Origin: a virus
Lineage: Duplodnaviria > Caudoviricetes
Direction: 5' to 3' (one strand)
IMG/VR virus record: IMGVR_UViG_3300032261_000057
Span: 1 to 29,287 of that record
DNA: 29,287 nucleotides
Part shown: piece after piece, positions 17,278 through 26,451 of the stretch
Layout of the letters: each line of letters starts with the position of its first letter
Position numbering within the stretch: the first letter of the stretch is position 1
Notes under the pieces: generated by a model
What the model saw: only the letters and a program-made list of their open reading frames with translations
Told to the model about the DNA's origin: nothing
Database searches by the model: none
Position numbers and translations under genes: made by a program

Positions 17278-18410
17278 GGGAAAGCCCCTTCCATTGCGAC
17301 TGGATTGTTGTTCATGGCTCCCGATACCGGGATGCCTTTGTTATTCAGGATGACGGCGAGCGGAACCTGCGAGGTCATCGCGGCTGTCATCGGGACCGGT
17401 GCGTTCGTCATCGCCCCGGACACTGGAATGGGTTTGTTATTCATGATCGTGATGAGCGGAACCGAAAGGATGGTGGATTCCGCAAAGAACGCCGCCGCCT
17501 TGGCTGTGATGGTGGCGGGGGATAGAACAACAGATGGTGACAACCCGAATGACCCAGCCGCTGCCGTAATTGCAGCTCCCGTAAGAGGGATATTCTGGGT
17601 CAGATGTACCGAGAACGGTTCTGCAAGTGCGGTAATTGCCGCAGCGGTCAGGGGTATGTTCTGGACCGGTAAGCTGATCGTAAAATTCGCCGCTGCCGCC
17701 GTGATTGCGCCGGCAGCAAGCGGAACGCTGACTTGCGGGGTGAACGCCGCGTCTGCTGCCGTAATGGCCGCGGCGACGAGATTGACATTGGTCCCTGTGC
17801 TGGGAAGAAAAGATGCTATCGCAGCATCTATGAATGACGCGCCGCCGCTATTCGTCCAGGTGGGGTTAATAGCCGCCGCAGTTCCCTGGACGAAATCTGC
17901 CATCGCCCCGGTATAGTTTACGCTTCCAACAAGCGCCTTTTGATCGGAGATGCTGAAAGAACTATCAATCGACATAGTTCCCGCGATGCTTCCATTCATC
18001 GCGGTTATGACCAGACAGTTATTCTGGCTTGGCGTAATAGAACCCGGCTGGATGGTCGCAGATGAACCGCTACCATTGCTAGTTTGCTGGTCTAGCGGGC
18101 CACTTGATTTCGCCCCCGACCATGCCTGCGCCGCGAGAAAGGCGAAGATATTGGTGGCGCTTGCGGTGAAAGTATGGGATGCACTGGTTGATGGGGCGCT
18201 ACAATAGTAAAGGATGCATTTCCCGGTCCCAGCAGAGACTAGCGCAATTTGAGTCCAGGTATTGCTTTGGCTGTCACTAATTGCCGGGGTAACGCTGGAC
18301 GCACAGCTTAGGCCAAGAACAATCAGATTCGCGCCAGTCGTATTCAGCGCATTGGTCGTGGCGCTGTTCGTACCAAAACCGCTATTATGGTCGAGTAACG
18401 AAAAGCCCAC
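17274..18410 (-). CDS. Putative fibre protein: S/T-rich globular domain plus repeat stalk
   Basis: Five ~22-aa repeats ([VI]PL.AAAITA.A..F) followed by ~11-aa NN.PIPVSGAM-type repeats. Confidence 0.65.
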   Translation of the reverse strand: MGFSLLDHNSGFGTNSATTNALNTTGANLIVLGLSCASSVTPAISDSQSNTWTQIALVSAGTGKCILYYCSAPSTSASHTFTASATNIFAFLAAQAWSGAKSSGPLDQQTSNGSGSSATIQPGSITPSQNNCLVITAMNGSIAGTMSIDSSFSISDQKALVGSVNYTGAMADFVQGTAAAINPTWTNSGGASFIDAAIASFLPSTGTNVNLVAAAITAADAAFTPQVSVPLAAGAITAAAANFTISLPVQNIPLTAAAITALAEPFSVHLTQNIPLTGAAITAAAGSFGLSPSVVLSPATITAKAAAFFAESTILSVPLITIMNNKPIPVSGAMTNAPVPMTAAMTSQVPLAVILNNKGIPVSGAMNNNPVAMEGAFP

Positions 18411-18419
18411 GCCGCAACT

Positions 18420-18884
18420 CTAATTCAGTTGCAGAAGCGACGTTCCGACGCCGTTGGAGGGCTGTACGAGAGTCAATGTGCCGGCTGTGACGGTCTGGGT
18501 ACCGCCGAAGGACCCGACATAAACCGCTTTATTCGATGCGCTGGCATTGTAGATGATACAGCCGACCGTGCTGAAGGACGCGCTCGTCCAGTTCGGATTC
18601 GTGCCCCATTGCCAATAGGCGCCCGTTCCCGATGTGGCCGGCGTGATGTTCTGGGCAGCGGTGAAGTCATACCCCCCGGTGGTATAGCCGGACCCATTGG
18701 CAACCTCATCGGAATTGCCCGTCAGGTTTGAATAGTTGGTGGTGGCCGCGCCATAGGTGCCGGTGGGAGAGGTTTTCCCCAAAGCCACCTTAAAATCATT
18801 CCCGGTCGTGGCCGTGAAGTTATGCGTGGCAACGGGCAATTCCCCCTTGAAGGAAGTCGGGACTGCGGTCGTAAACCCAGCCAT
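18420..18884 (-). CDS. Conserved phage structural protein
   Basis: TSFK.EL...FKVAL...AATT.YS...EV..GSGYTTGG motif common in phage virion modules; GGAG RBS. Confidence 0.7.
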   Translation of the reverse strand: MAGFTTAVPTSFKGELPVATHNFTATTGNDFKVALGKTSPTGTYGAATTNYSNLTGNSDEVANGSGYTTGGYDFTAAQNITPATSGTGAYWQWGTNPNWTSASFSTVGCIIYNASASNKAVYVGSFGGTQTVTAGTLTLVQPSNGVGTSLLQLN

Positions 18885-18887
18885 GCG

Positions 18888-19277
18888 TTACTCCGTTTTG
18901 AGCGCGATCTCGCGCATGGTGAGAAGATTTCGAGCGATCAGATCCGTGATGGACTGGCGCAAGTCAGATGATGTAAAGAGATAGGCCCAGCGCGTCGGGG
19001 TTATGTCTGCGATGCGATTGGTCGCAGATACCGCAATGGCGTGAAGGAAGTTGGGTGAGGATGACGCGGAAGCCTCATGGAAGGCCAATGTCAGGGCCTT
19101 CACTGTCCAATGCCGGAAGGTGGAAAAGTCCTGCCTGATGGCCGTGCTGGCGTCAGGGGCGATGTTCATGATGAGATCGGCGGTTGTTGCCGCCCATTGT
19201 TCTGCGGAATGCTCGCCTTCATTCGTGACCATGACGGTGAAGGGCGCTGCTGTGATATTGAAACTGGCAGCTTCCAT
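18888..19277 (-). CDS. Hypothetical protein
   Basis: 129-aa ORF coupled by TGATG; fills the operon without gaps. Confidence 0.65.
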   Translation of the reverse strand: MEAASFNITAAPFTVMVTNEGEHSAEQWAATTADLIMNIAPDASTAIRQDFSTFRHWTVKALTLAFHEASASSSPNFLHAIAVSATNRIADITPTRWAYLFTSSDLRQSITDLIARNLLTMREIALKTE

Positions 19278-19519
19278 CAGGAATGTTCCAGAATCGCCCT
19301 GATGCGGTCGGTTTTCCAGCGCTTGTCGATCTTGATACCGCGCTCGGTGGCGAGCTTGATTAGAACCTCTCGCTCATCATTGGGGCCGGCCAGGACGGCA
19401 ACAGGCTCTGGTGCGGGGGGAACGGGCATGGGTTCTGGCGCGGGCGCCGGAGGCTTTTCCGGCACCTTGATTGAGAAATGGAAATTCTTGAGCTGTAGTC
19501 CAAGCATTCTGAACCTCAT
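19277..19519 (-). CDS. Small protein with Pro-rich linker and C-terminal HeH/Rho-N-like motif
   Basis: REVLIKLATERGIKIDKRWKTDRIRAIL; start may be the Met at 19507, which has GAGG upstream. Confidence 0.6.
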   Translation of the reverse strand: MRFRMLGLQLKNFHFSIKVPEKPPAPAPEPMPVPPAPEPVAVLAGPNDEREVLIKLATERGIKIDKRWKTDRIRAILEHS

Positions 19520-19551
19520 GAAGAAGGGGCGGGGCGATTAACCCCGCCCCT
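19520..19551 (-). terminator. Intrinsic terminator-like hairpin after the coat gene
   Basis: 10-bp stem AGGGGCGGGG/CCCCGCCCCT with 7-nt loop and an imperfect UUCUUC tail, 6 nt after the coat stop. Confidence 0.65.
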
Positions 19552-19557
19552 CTCAGG

Positions 19558-20814
19558 TCAGATCTTGTCGGCGACGATGCACGCCCACTCGGGACGCACA
19601 AACAGCCAACCGAACAGAATATCCAGACGATCTGCTGTCTGGTCGGTCCCGATTACGTACTGCGTGACCGCGCGCATGGAGACGCCATCCAATTGTTCAC
19701 GCGCACCCTTGACGTTCGGGGGCATTTCCAGATCGGCAGTGACCATCGTCACAGCCTGGCGCGCATAAGCAAAGTTCATGCGGTAGGACGTGGACGCCGG
19801 ATTGACCAACAGAACATTACCGGAGGCGGTCGGGGATGCCGTGACCGTCTGATACTGCGCCTGCTGGCCATTCACCGGAGGAGTAATCGCCGGATAGATC
19901 GAGATGGAAGTACCACCCGACGCCATCGCAGCCGTCACAACGAACTGACGGAGCGAGCCGGTATCCTGCTTGGTGACGCGGTTGACGGCATTGCAACCCG
20001 CAAGGGTGATAATGTCGCCTACCTTCAGGGTACCGGAACCGCCCGTGATCGTCACAGATGAGCCGGTCTGATTGCCGCCGCTGATCGTGGCCGCGCCGTT
20101 GTAGGTACCGCCTGTATGGGTCACGACCGTCTGGTCCATGAACCATTCGTAGTTCAGGGCGTCATACATCCTGGCATTACGGTATTGACGGCTGATTTCC
20201 GTGGCGGGATTGAACAGGCCCGTCAGGCTCGACACCGTGCGCGCCATTGTGAAGGGCGAGCAAATGACCTTGCGGTCGGCAACCTGGGCAGAATTGTTAT
20301 CCAGGATGGCGCCGGCAGTCAGCCAGGTTTCCGAGGTCGGAGAGATAATGTTGCTGTTTACATCTGTATTGGCGACATAGTTGCAGATACCGCCCTCCGC
20401 ACCATTGACCACGGTGCCAACGAAGGCCCCCTGAGCCACGGTGACGCCCGACATGATCGTGGCCGCGACATTACCGGCCAGATTGTTGATCTTGGGCGCC
20501 AGGATGATTTCGGAGTAATCATCCAAGCTCATGGTCATGTCCACCGAATTGAAGGACGTATCAACGTGGCGCTGGGTTGCCACGGTGATGGTGGTCTGCT
20601 GTTCGTTGGTGTCCTGGACCTGTAAACCCGGGCCATCCGAAACGGTGTAATCGTTGGGCAGGCGGATCTTGAGTTGCTGCCCGATCTTGGCGCCGGTCTT
20701 GGCGAACTGGCTGTCATATTGCTTTTCGATGTTGCCGATAAAGGCATTGGAGTTCATGAACAGGCGGATCGCCTCACGGGTGATTCCGCCGATGGTAAGC
20801 AGCGTATTAGCCAC
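19558..20814 (-). CDS. Major capsid protein (P22 coat, gp5 family)
   Basis: MANTLLT...ITREA...YD..FA..GAKIG..L.IRLP start and RLDILFGW...RPEWAC end; AGGAG RBS. Confidence 0.93.
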   Translation of the reverse strand: MANTLLTIGGITREAIRLFMNSNAFIGNIEKQYDSQFAKTGAKIGQQLKIRLPNDYTVSDGPGLQVQDTNEQQTTITVATQRHVDTSFNSVDMTMSLDDYSEIILAPKINNLAGNVAATIMSGVTVAQGAFVGTVVNGAEGGICNYVANTDVNSNIISPTSETWLTAGAILDNNSAQVADRKVICSPFTMARTVSSLTGLFNPATEISRQYRNARMYDALNYEWFMDQTVVTHTGGTYNGAATISGGNQTGSSVTITGGSGTLKVGDIITLAGCNAVNRVTKQDTGSLRQFVVTAAMASGGTSISIYPAITPPVNGQQAQYQTVTASPTASGNVLLVNPASTSYRMNFAYARQAVTMVTADLEMPPNVKGAREQLDGVSMRAVTQYVIGTDQTADRLDILFGWLFVRPEWACIVADKI

Positions 20815-21000
20815 GGTTTGCTCCTGTAGCTTGGTTTAAGGGGATTGGCGATGTGGGAAGGGCTTTGAGGGGGAGCCCTAAGACCTCATTGCCGACCAAG
20901 CAGAGGGAGAAAATGAAGCGTAGGAACGCGCAGCTTCGGGTCGGGGGTTGTGGAGCGTGAATCCACTTACACGCTAGGCACCGATGATTAACCGCATCGG
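20815..21000 (-). promoter_or_regulatory. Structured 5' leader of the coat gene
   Basis: Longest non-coding stretch in the window; four stem-loops, the last ending 3 nt before the RBS. Confidence 0.55.
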
Positions 21001-21173
21001 GACGGTTTAAAGTACAAATCCAGCCAGTATTTCAGGTTGGAAGCCATGATGACCGGACTGATTTCTTGTGAGATGAGATTCACGGCAAGCTGATCGCAGT
21101 TGATGGCGTGGGATTTATCCAGTTCCGCCTTCATTCTGGTAATTTCAATCAGGGCTTGCCGTTTCCAATCCAT
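20988..21173 (-). CDS. Hypothetical protein between scaffold and coat (61 aa)
   Basis: ATG 1 nt after the scaffold stop; somewhat AT-richer than its neighbours. Confidence 0.45.
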   Translation of the reverse strand: MDWKRQALIEITRMKAELDKSHAINCDQLAVNLISQEISPVIMASNLKYWLDLYFKPSRCG

Positions 21174-21174
21174 C

Positions 21175-21969
21175 TCAATGGGTATTAGGCTTTCCGCCCG
21201 CACTCATACGGGCCGTGGCGTTGCGCTTGGCAAGCCATGTTTTCATATCGTCAGTGTCATTTGGCGCCGATGGCTTGGCGCTTCCCCCAATCGGCTTGAT
21301 AGGGGCCGGAGCCTGTGAAATTGGCTTCTCGGCAGGTTTGATCTTGGATTGAAACTGCACGAGTGCGGCGGCCATCTTGGTTGCGGGTAGCTTGAATATC
21401 CTTTGGGCTTCCTCTGGATCGTCAGCCAAGGCCCCGATCAACTTATGCCCATCTGGAATTATGTCCGGGTCGGTCACGATCTCCATGAAGTCGGCCCTAT
21501 CACCGGCCCCGAGGGATGCAACCACGTTACAGCGGTCATTGAACTCGGATGGGCCAAATTCCTTGTTGCCCGCGTCCATCATATGCTCGGCCTTGGCCTT
21601 GAACTCACGCTGGGCAACAATCTGCTCGGCCCGCTGGAGGATTACATCCTCTGAAACCTGCGTCGGCTGGCCTTCCGCGGGCTTCTCCGGGTTGGCCGCA
21701 CCAAGCTTGGCCTCAAGCTCAGTGACCTTGCGTTCGGCCTCACGCCTTGCCTTGGTGATCTCGTCTATGCGGGTCTGATACCAGGGGGTTCTTTTGGGCT
21801 TTTCAGACTCGGCCTGCTTTGCCTGTGCAGGGGCAGGCTCTGCCTCTGCTGGCGTCTCAGGAGGCGTTTCCGGTATTTCCTCTGGAATGACGACCGTTTC
21901 AGGGATTGAGCCTTCCTGCTCAATGAGAGTGGGTTCCGCAACAGGTGCGGGTGTGCCTACTTCAGACAT
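21175..21969 (-). CDS. Scaffolding protein
   Basis: Acidic E/P-rich N-terminus, coiled coil RIDEITKARREAER, C-terminal S.AP.PI.PIGG...W...RN; lies upstream of the coat gene. Confidence 0.82.
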   Translation of the reverse strand: MSEVGTPAPVAEPTLIEQEGSIPETVVIPEEIPETPPETPAEAEPAPAQAKQAESEKPKRTPWYQTRIDEITKARREAERKVTELEAKLGAANPEKPAEGQPTQVSEDVILQRAEQIVAQREFKAKAEHMMDAGNKEFGPSEFNDRCNVVASLGAGDRADFMEIVTDPDIIPDGHKLIGALADDPEEAQRIFKLPATKMAAALVQFQSKIKPAEKPISQAPAPIKPIGGSAKPSAPNDTDDMKTWLAKRNATARMSAGGKPNTH

Positions 21970-22007
21970 ACGAACTCCATTTTAGCCCGGTAAAAGCTGC
22001 CGGTAGC

Positions 22008-22325
22008 TTAGTGAGGCTTTCCGAATTGGGTTTCCTGAACCGAATAAGGCAGCGTCGAGTCCAGAAGCAGGGCGTGGTAGATTTCCTGCTTGTAGGACTC
22101 CTGTAGGGCGGGGTTTCCCAACATCTGAACCATGATCTCCCGCGCCGTAACGATGAAATTCCGCCACTGTTTGGCTATGAAGCGGCCCTGATTGGGAAAT
22201 TCCATATAGAACGTGTTGCCATGCCTGCCATTTGAGGCGGCGAATTCGTAATAGGTGCCGGCCAATTCTCGGGCTATCGCCTTTACCGTCTTATGCACCA
22301 TGCGGTTGTCATTGGTGGGCTTCAC
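22008..22325 (-). CDS. Hypothetical protein
   Basis: GTGA overlap with the portal stop; 105 aa. Confidence 0.65.
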   Translation of the reverse strand: MKPTNDNRMVHKTVKAIARELAGTYYEFAASNGRHGNTFYMEFPNQGRFIAKQWRNFIVTAREIMVQMLGNPALQESYKQEIYHALLLDSTLPYSVQETQFGKPH

Positions 22326-24502
22326 GCGGCTTGTGCCTGTGGTTGAGGCGCTGCCGCCTGCTGTTCCATGGTCTGGTCATGGTCCTGTCCAGACTGCATG
22401 GAGGCCATCATGGCGCTGTGGGTATCGCCCATCATGTCCAAGTTGTTCTGATGCTCGGCCATAACCAAGTCATGCACCATCTTGACCCGATCAGCCTCGG
22501 ACGGGATCAGCGGCAATAGAATCTTCAGCCTTTCCGTCAGGGCCTTGTAAACGTCGATTTCTTTCTGCTGCTGCTCAATGGATCGATCAATCTTCAGCTT
22601 GGACAATTCCTGGCTCAACTTGGCGTTAAGCTCGGATAGGCCCTGCACCTGCTTCTGCATCTCGGCCTGCATGGGGCCGGGTCCAGGCTGGCCGGCCACA
22701 ATATTGGGCGGGATCGTCGCCTTGATACGCTCGGCTACTTCTTCCGCCATCGGGAAATCAGCCGCCTTGAACAACAGATCCCCCGCCACATGCATGAGAT
22801 CGGGCGATTCCTTCATGATCTGGGTCAGGGCGTTGAAGGCTTCCTGCCTGCGTGTGGCATAGGCGGGCCCCACATCGGCCTCTACCTCATAGCGCCCCAC
22901 ATTGGGATTGAAGATGGATGTAACCTTATCGGCTTCCTGCTGTTGCTGGACGGCCAATGCTTGCTGCGCCTGGGGATCAACCAGAACATTATGTTCTACC
23001 CCATCCTCGGCCAGAATCTTGATGACGCGCTGCGTGTCGTAAATCTTGGGAATGAGGTCTATGAGCTGCTTGCCCAGGAACCGGATGGCCAGGGCCAGAT
23101 TGTCGATATAATGATAGGTGGCATTGTCGCCCTGGCGCTGCCTCTGTTGGATCGCAACACCAGACTTTTCGTTGCCCTCCATGCCCAGATCAGCCTCGAA
23201 TTGGCCGGAGACCTCCTTGATCTCCTGCGAGGCCATTTTCAGGCCCTCGATATAGGCTTGCGCCATGACCGGGGGGGCTTGCCTCTCGGGGGGCTCTAGC
23301 TTCTGGCCCTTGTCGTCATAGCCATTGTAGGGAAGCCACGCATGGTTGACGGTATTTGCGCTATCCCAATAGGTTTCGAGATTCTCAAATGCCGCCATAG
23401 GGCCGATGTAAGGCGTCTTGGACTGGAGCGCGACATGCTCAGTGGCCGCGGAATACCAGTAGTTAGCAAGCCGCTGCGGGTCCTTCATGGCCCGCGTATG
23501 GCCCTTGCGGTCCATCTGGCCGTTAATGACCGTTTCTTCGCCGATCACTCGGATCAGGGGAATATACCGCCCCGCCCATGTGGAACGCTCAATGATGGTA
23601 TCTCCAGCTATGAGAAACCATTCCACCGTCTTATCCGTGATCTGGCGGGCTTTGGTGGAGGGGGCGTCCACAACAGACTCAAACAGCGCCTTGTCCATCT
23701 TGGACTTGCGCTCTATGGCTTGCTCGCCCGTATCAGGATGACGATAGGCCAGAACCTTATCCTCGGATTCGACAATCCGGTAATACTCGGCCACCCTCAC
23801 CTGATCCTTGCGTATCCAATCACCCGAAACATCCAGGGGTGATTTGGTCGCTAGGTCTTTATGCTTAGGATATGTCTCCTTGAACAACTCCGCTGACATA
23901 TCGTCAAAGACAAAGCCATAGCGGGCATCAGATCCGTCCGCTTCCTTAATGTCCGGGTCCAGATAGACCGTCAGCGGGTCTTTGACCCTGCGGATATAGA
24001 TTTCCTGATCGAAAGACTGATCCGCGTCTATCGGGTAATCAGTGGTTAGCCTTAGCCAGCCAATGCCGCCCTGGACCTGGAATAGTGTGGCCGTGTCATA
24101 GGCAGCCTGGGCATTGGAGATATATTCCACATGCCGGACAACACCCTCAAAGACCTGCGCTGCGTCATAGGTCGCGCCATTCCCGACCGGCTTGATCTTG
24201 ATGGCCGGCTTGTTCTGCCTCGCATCATTGATGATGTTAAGATTGTGCTGTCTGATCTTGTTGATGGTCAGGCATGGGCGCTCGTCAATCGTACCATAGC
24301 CACGGGCAGTCCTTGAGTTCTCATCCCATTGGTAGAGATTATCGGAATCCCCATTGGCGAACTTTACGTCCTCAATAAAACGAAGCCTGGCATCGTTCTC
24401 ATATTGGGCGCATATGTCGAAACGCCTCTGGGCTTCCTTGACGATCTTCTCGTCAGGAGTGCCGGTATTCTCGGTATCATTGCGGGTATCTTCAGTGGCC
24501 AC
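22322..24502 (-). CDS. Portal protein (P22 gp1-like)
   Basis: 726 aa; RPCLTINKI, KDPQRL.NYW.S, SGVAI..RQ.QGD, G.Y.V..DVGP.Y.T.RQEA motifs. Confidence 0.93.
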   Translation of the reverse strand: MATEDTRNDTENTGTPDEKIVKEAQRRFDICAQYENDARLRFIEDVKFANGDSDNLYQWDENSRTARGYGTIDERPCLTINKIRQHNLNIINDARQNKPAIKIKPVGNGATYDAAQVFEGVVRHVEYISNAQAAYDTATLFQVQGGIGWLRLTTDYPIDADQSFDQEIYIRRVKDPLTVYLDPDIKEADGSDARYGFVFDDMSAELFKETYPKHKDLATKSPLDVSGDWIRKDQVRVAEYYRIVESEDKVLAYRHPDTGEQAIERKSKMDKALFESVVDAPSTKARQITDKTVEWFLIAGDTIIERSTWAGRYIPLIRVIGEETVINGQMDRKGHTRAMKDPQRLANYWYSAATEHVALQSKTPYIGPMAAFENLETYWDSANTVNHAWLPYNGYDDKGQKLEPPERQAPPVMAQAYIEGLKMASQEIKEVSGQFEADLGMEGNEKSGVAIQQRQRQGDNATYHYIDNLALAIRFLGKQLIDLIPKIYDTQRVIKILAEDGVEHNVLVDPQAQQALAVQQQQEADKVTSIFNPNVGRYEVEADVGPAYATRRQEAFNALTQIMKESPDLMHVAGDLLFKAADFPMAEEVAERIKATIPPNIVAGQPGPGPMQAEMQKQVQGLSELNAKLSQELSKLKIDRSIEQQQKEIDVYKALTERLKILLPLIPSEADRVKMVHDLVMAEHQNNLDMMGDTHSAMMASMQSGQDHDQTMEQQAAAPQPQAQAA

Positions 24503-25777
24503 TTAGCGGCTCATCCACATTCCGGTAGCACCGGGCGCGACCATCTTGGGCAATGTTGGTTTCTTCACTTTTCCGTCCCGCATGGCGACTGCGAAGTACC
24601 TCGCTGCGTCTGCATAGTGGCTGGCGTCGTCGTGGAGGGGCTTGCGGCTGTATTGCTTGGTGTCCGGGTCAACGTCGTATCGGTAGCGTCGAAGCGCCTG
24701 TAGGCCGTCAGCGCACTTTTCCGCATCAAACCAACAATCCTTGAACACGGTGCGGAGGGCATTGATGCCATCCTCTATCGATATGTTCGGGGTGATCTCT
24801 GTTCTGAAGCCAGAAGCCATCGTGATCTCTTGGATCGTGCGGCCTGTGGCTAACGATTTGGCCTTGGCGTCGTGGGGAAGCCAAAGTGTGCCAATAACAT
24901 ATCCTCGGGACTGGATGTGCTTGAGGTAGTGGTCCCAAGGCTTTTGAGATGACTGATAGGCTTCAATGAGCCTGAATTCGAAGCCGACACGCTGGGCATA
25001 CCACAGTGATGTACTATCCGCCCATCCGAGGTCGCAAAACACCGAGACGGGCTGGAGTGGATCGTAGGGTACACGGGTGATCCGCTTTTCCTGTGTCGCA
25101 GCCCTGAGTTCATTGGCGTAGATGGCGCCTTCAAGAGCCTGCCGGCAATGGCCCTCCCAGATGTTAAGGTATGCATCGGTGTCTCTGACCTGTAGGTCGT
25201 CCTTTTCCTGCCTTAGAACCTCGGGGAACCACGGGTTATCCTGCCAGTTGACCTTGATGACTGTGCTGTTGGTCGGGGGCTGAAGGACAAAGCGCTTATA
25301 GGTCTCATCAGTATCCAGCTCGGGATTGAAGCTGACCCATATTTCCGAGTTTTCTTTTCGGATAGTGGGGATCAACTTATCCCAGGATGACTTGGTAATG
25401 GTCTGGGCTTCCTCGCACCAGACTATATCAATGCCTTCCTTGGATTTGATGGAGTCAACATTGTGCTGAAGACCGGCAAAGATGAACTTGGTGCCGTTGG
25501 CGCCCCGGATTTCAGAGAGCGTGGCCTGATAGAAGGCCGAGAGATGCAATTCAGCGATCTGGTCAATGAGGAGCTGATAGACGCTATCCTGAATGGATTT
25601 CTGCACCTCACGGGCGCAGAGAATGCGGATTGGACGCTGTACGCCCTGAATCAATAAGGCTCTGGCTATACCCCAGGATTTGGCCCCGCCCCTGCCCCCG
25701 TATAAAACCTTGTAGCGCTTGGGCGTGAATAGGGGCTCGAGCTTGGGCGGAAACCAAGCGTCAACTTCCAGCGCCAA
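24503..25777 (-). CDS. terL: Terminase large subunit (PBSX-type)
   Basis: Walker A YGGRGGAKS, Walker B IVWCEEA, SFNP coupling motif, RNase H-like DLG..D and H.ADA.RY. Confidence 0.95.
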   Translation of the reverse strand: MALEVDAWFPPKLEPLFTPKRYKVLYGGRGGAKSWGIARALLIQGVQRPIRILCAREVQKSIQDSVYQLLIDQIAELHLSAFYQATLSEIRGANGTKFIFAGLQHNVDSIKSKEGIDIVWCEEAQTITKSSWDKLIPTIRKENSEIWVSFNPELDTDETYKRFVLQPPTNSTVIKVNWQDNPWFPEVLRQEKDDLQVRDTDAYLNIWEGHCRQALEGAIYANELRAATQEKRITRVPYDPLQPVSVFCDLGWADSTSLWYAQRVGFEFRLIEAYQSSQKPWDHYLKHIQSRGYVIGTLWLPHDAKAKSLATGRTIQEITMASGFRTEITPNISIEDGINALRTVFKDCWFDAEKCADGLQALRRYRYDVDPDTKQYSRKPLHDDASHYADAARYFAVAMRDGKVKKPTLPKMVAPGATGMWMSR

Positions 25778-25994
25778 AACGCACCGTGATACCTGCTAAT
25801 GCCTCCTTAAGCCCCTCCTCCGCATCAAATGGCTGGGTGGGCTTGCCCCAGCCACGATCCAGGAGGGCCTGAGCCGCAGATACGCGGGAGGCATGAGGGG
25901 CGGATTCCTCTTTCATGATGCCAGCCAATACCTTGAGCGCGGTGTGGGTATGAGCCCGCGCCAAAGAACGGATTTCGGTAGGCGCCTTGGCCAT
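25761..25994 (-). CDS. Putative terminase small subunit
   Basis: Immediately upstream of TerL; RVSAAQALLDRGWGKP motif. Confidence 0.65.
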   Translation of the reverse strand: MAKAPTEIRSLARAHTHTALKVLAGIMKEESAPHASRVSAAQALLDRGWGKPTQPFDAEEGLKEALAGITVRFGAGS

Positions 25995-26011
25995 TTAATT
26001 AATATGAACCC

Positions 26012-26152
26012 CTAGTGTTTCTTCTTGGATTTCTCGACGCCCTTGATGGTGCCCTTGTTCTTGGAGGCATAGAATACTTGCTTGCCTTTCTTGGCGCCGT
26101 ATTCCTTGTCCATCGCGCGTTCGATCTTTTTGCCTTTGGGAGTGAGTGGCAT
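26012..26152 (-). CDS. 46-aa Lys-rich phage protein
   Basis: MPLTPKGKKIERAMDKEYGAKKGKQVFYASKNKGTIKGVEKSKKKH; TAATG-coupled; below the ORF-track length cutoff. Confidence 0.75.
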   Translation of the reverse strand: MPLTPKGKKIERAMDKEYGAKKGKQVFYASKNKGTIKGVEKSKKKH

Positions 26153-26451
26153 TATGTGAGTCCCTTGATGCCGCTTGCGGTTGTGCCGGTGGAGCGGACC
26201 TGTAGAATCTTCATGCCTATTAATGGAACGCCCTTGGCCAGCTTGACCACGATGCCAACTGAGGCGTTCTGAAGGATGATATTGGCGAAGCCTGATACTG
26301 AGGCGACGAGGCCCAACAGGAGAGGGCTATAGGTCGTGGTGGCCGAGGCTGTGACGGCCTGGGCATTGGTGAAATTGGGGACTTGGACATTGGTCGGGTT
26401 GTTCGGATCTGCGATCGCAGTCGGTGTCCGAACTACGCTTTGGGTCGTCAT
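26152..26451 (-). CDS. Putative head spike base protein (RcGTA Rcc01079-like)
   Basis: 99 aa with A.AVT.S and C-terminal VRSTGTTASGIKGL, resembling the V.ATGTTAT.IVAL ending I recall for that family. Confidence 0.55.
   Translation of the reverse strand: MTTQSVVRTPTAIADPNNPTNVQVPNFTNAQAVTASATTTYSPLLLGLVASVSGFANIILQNASVGIVVKLAKGVPLIGMKILQVRSTGTTASGIKGLT

Noticed and set aside
16999-17916. 305-aa + strand ORF
   Set aside because: Antisense shadow of the Ala/Thr repeat fibre gene; no RBS or recognisable domain.
19519-19560. Coat stop read-through or frameshift into the downstream Pro-rich ORF
   Set aside because: In-frame read-through meets another TGA after 13 codons, and no slippery heptamer is evident.
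20874-20893. GGCAATGAGGTC resembling the start of a fluoride riboswitch
   Set aside because: The pairing CC and the downstream GCTRATGAC partner are missing.
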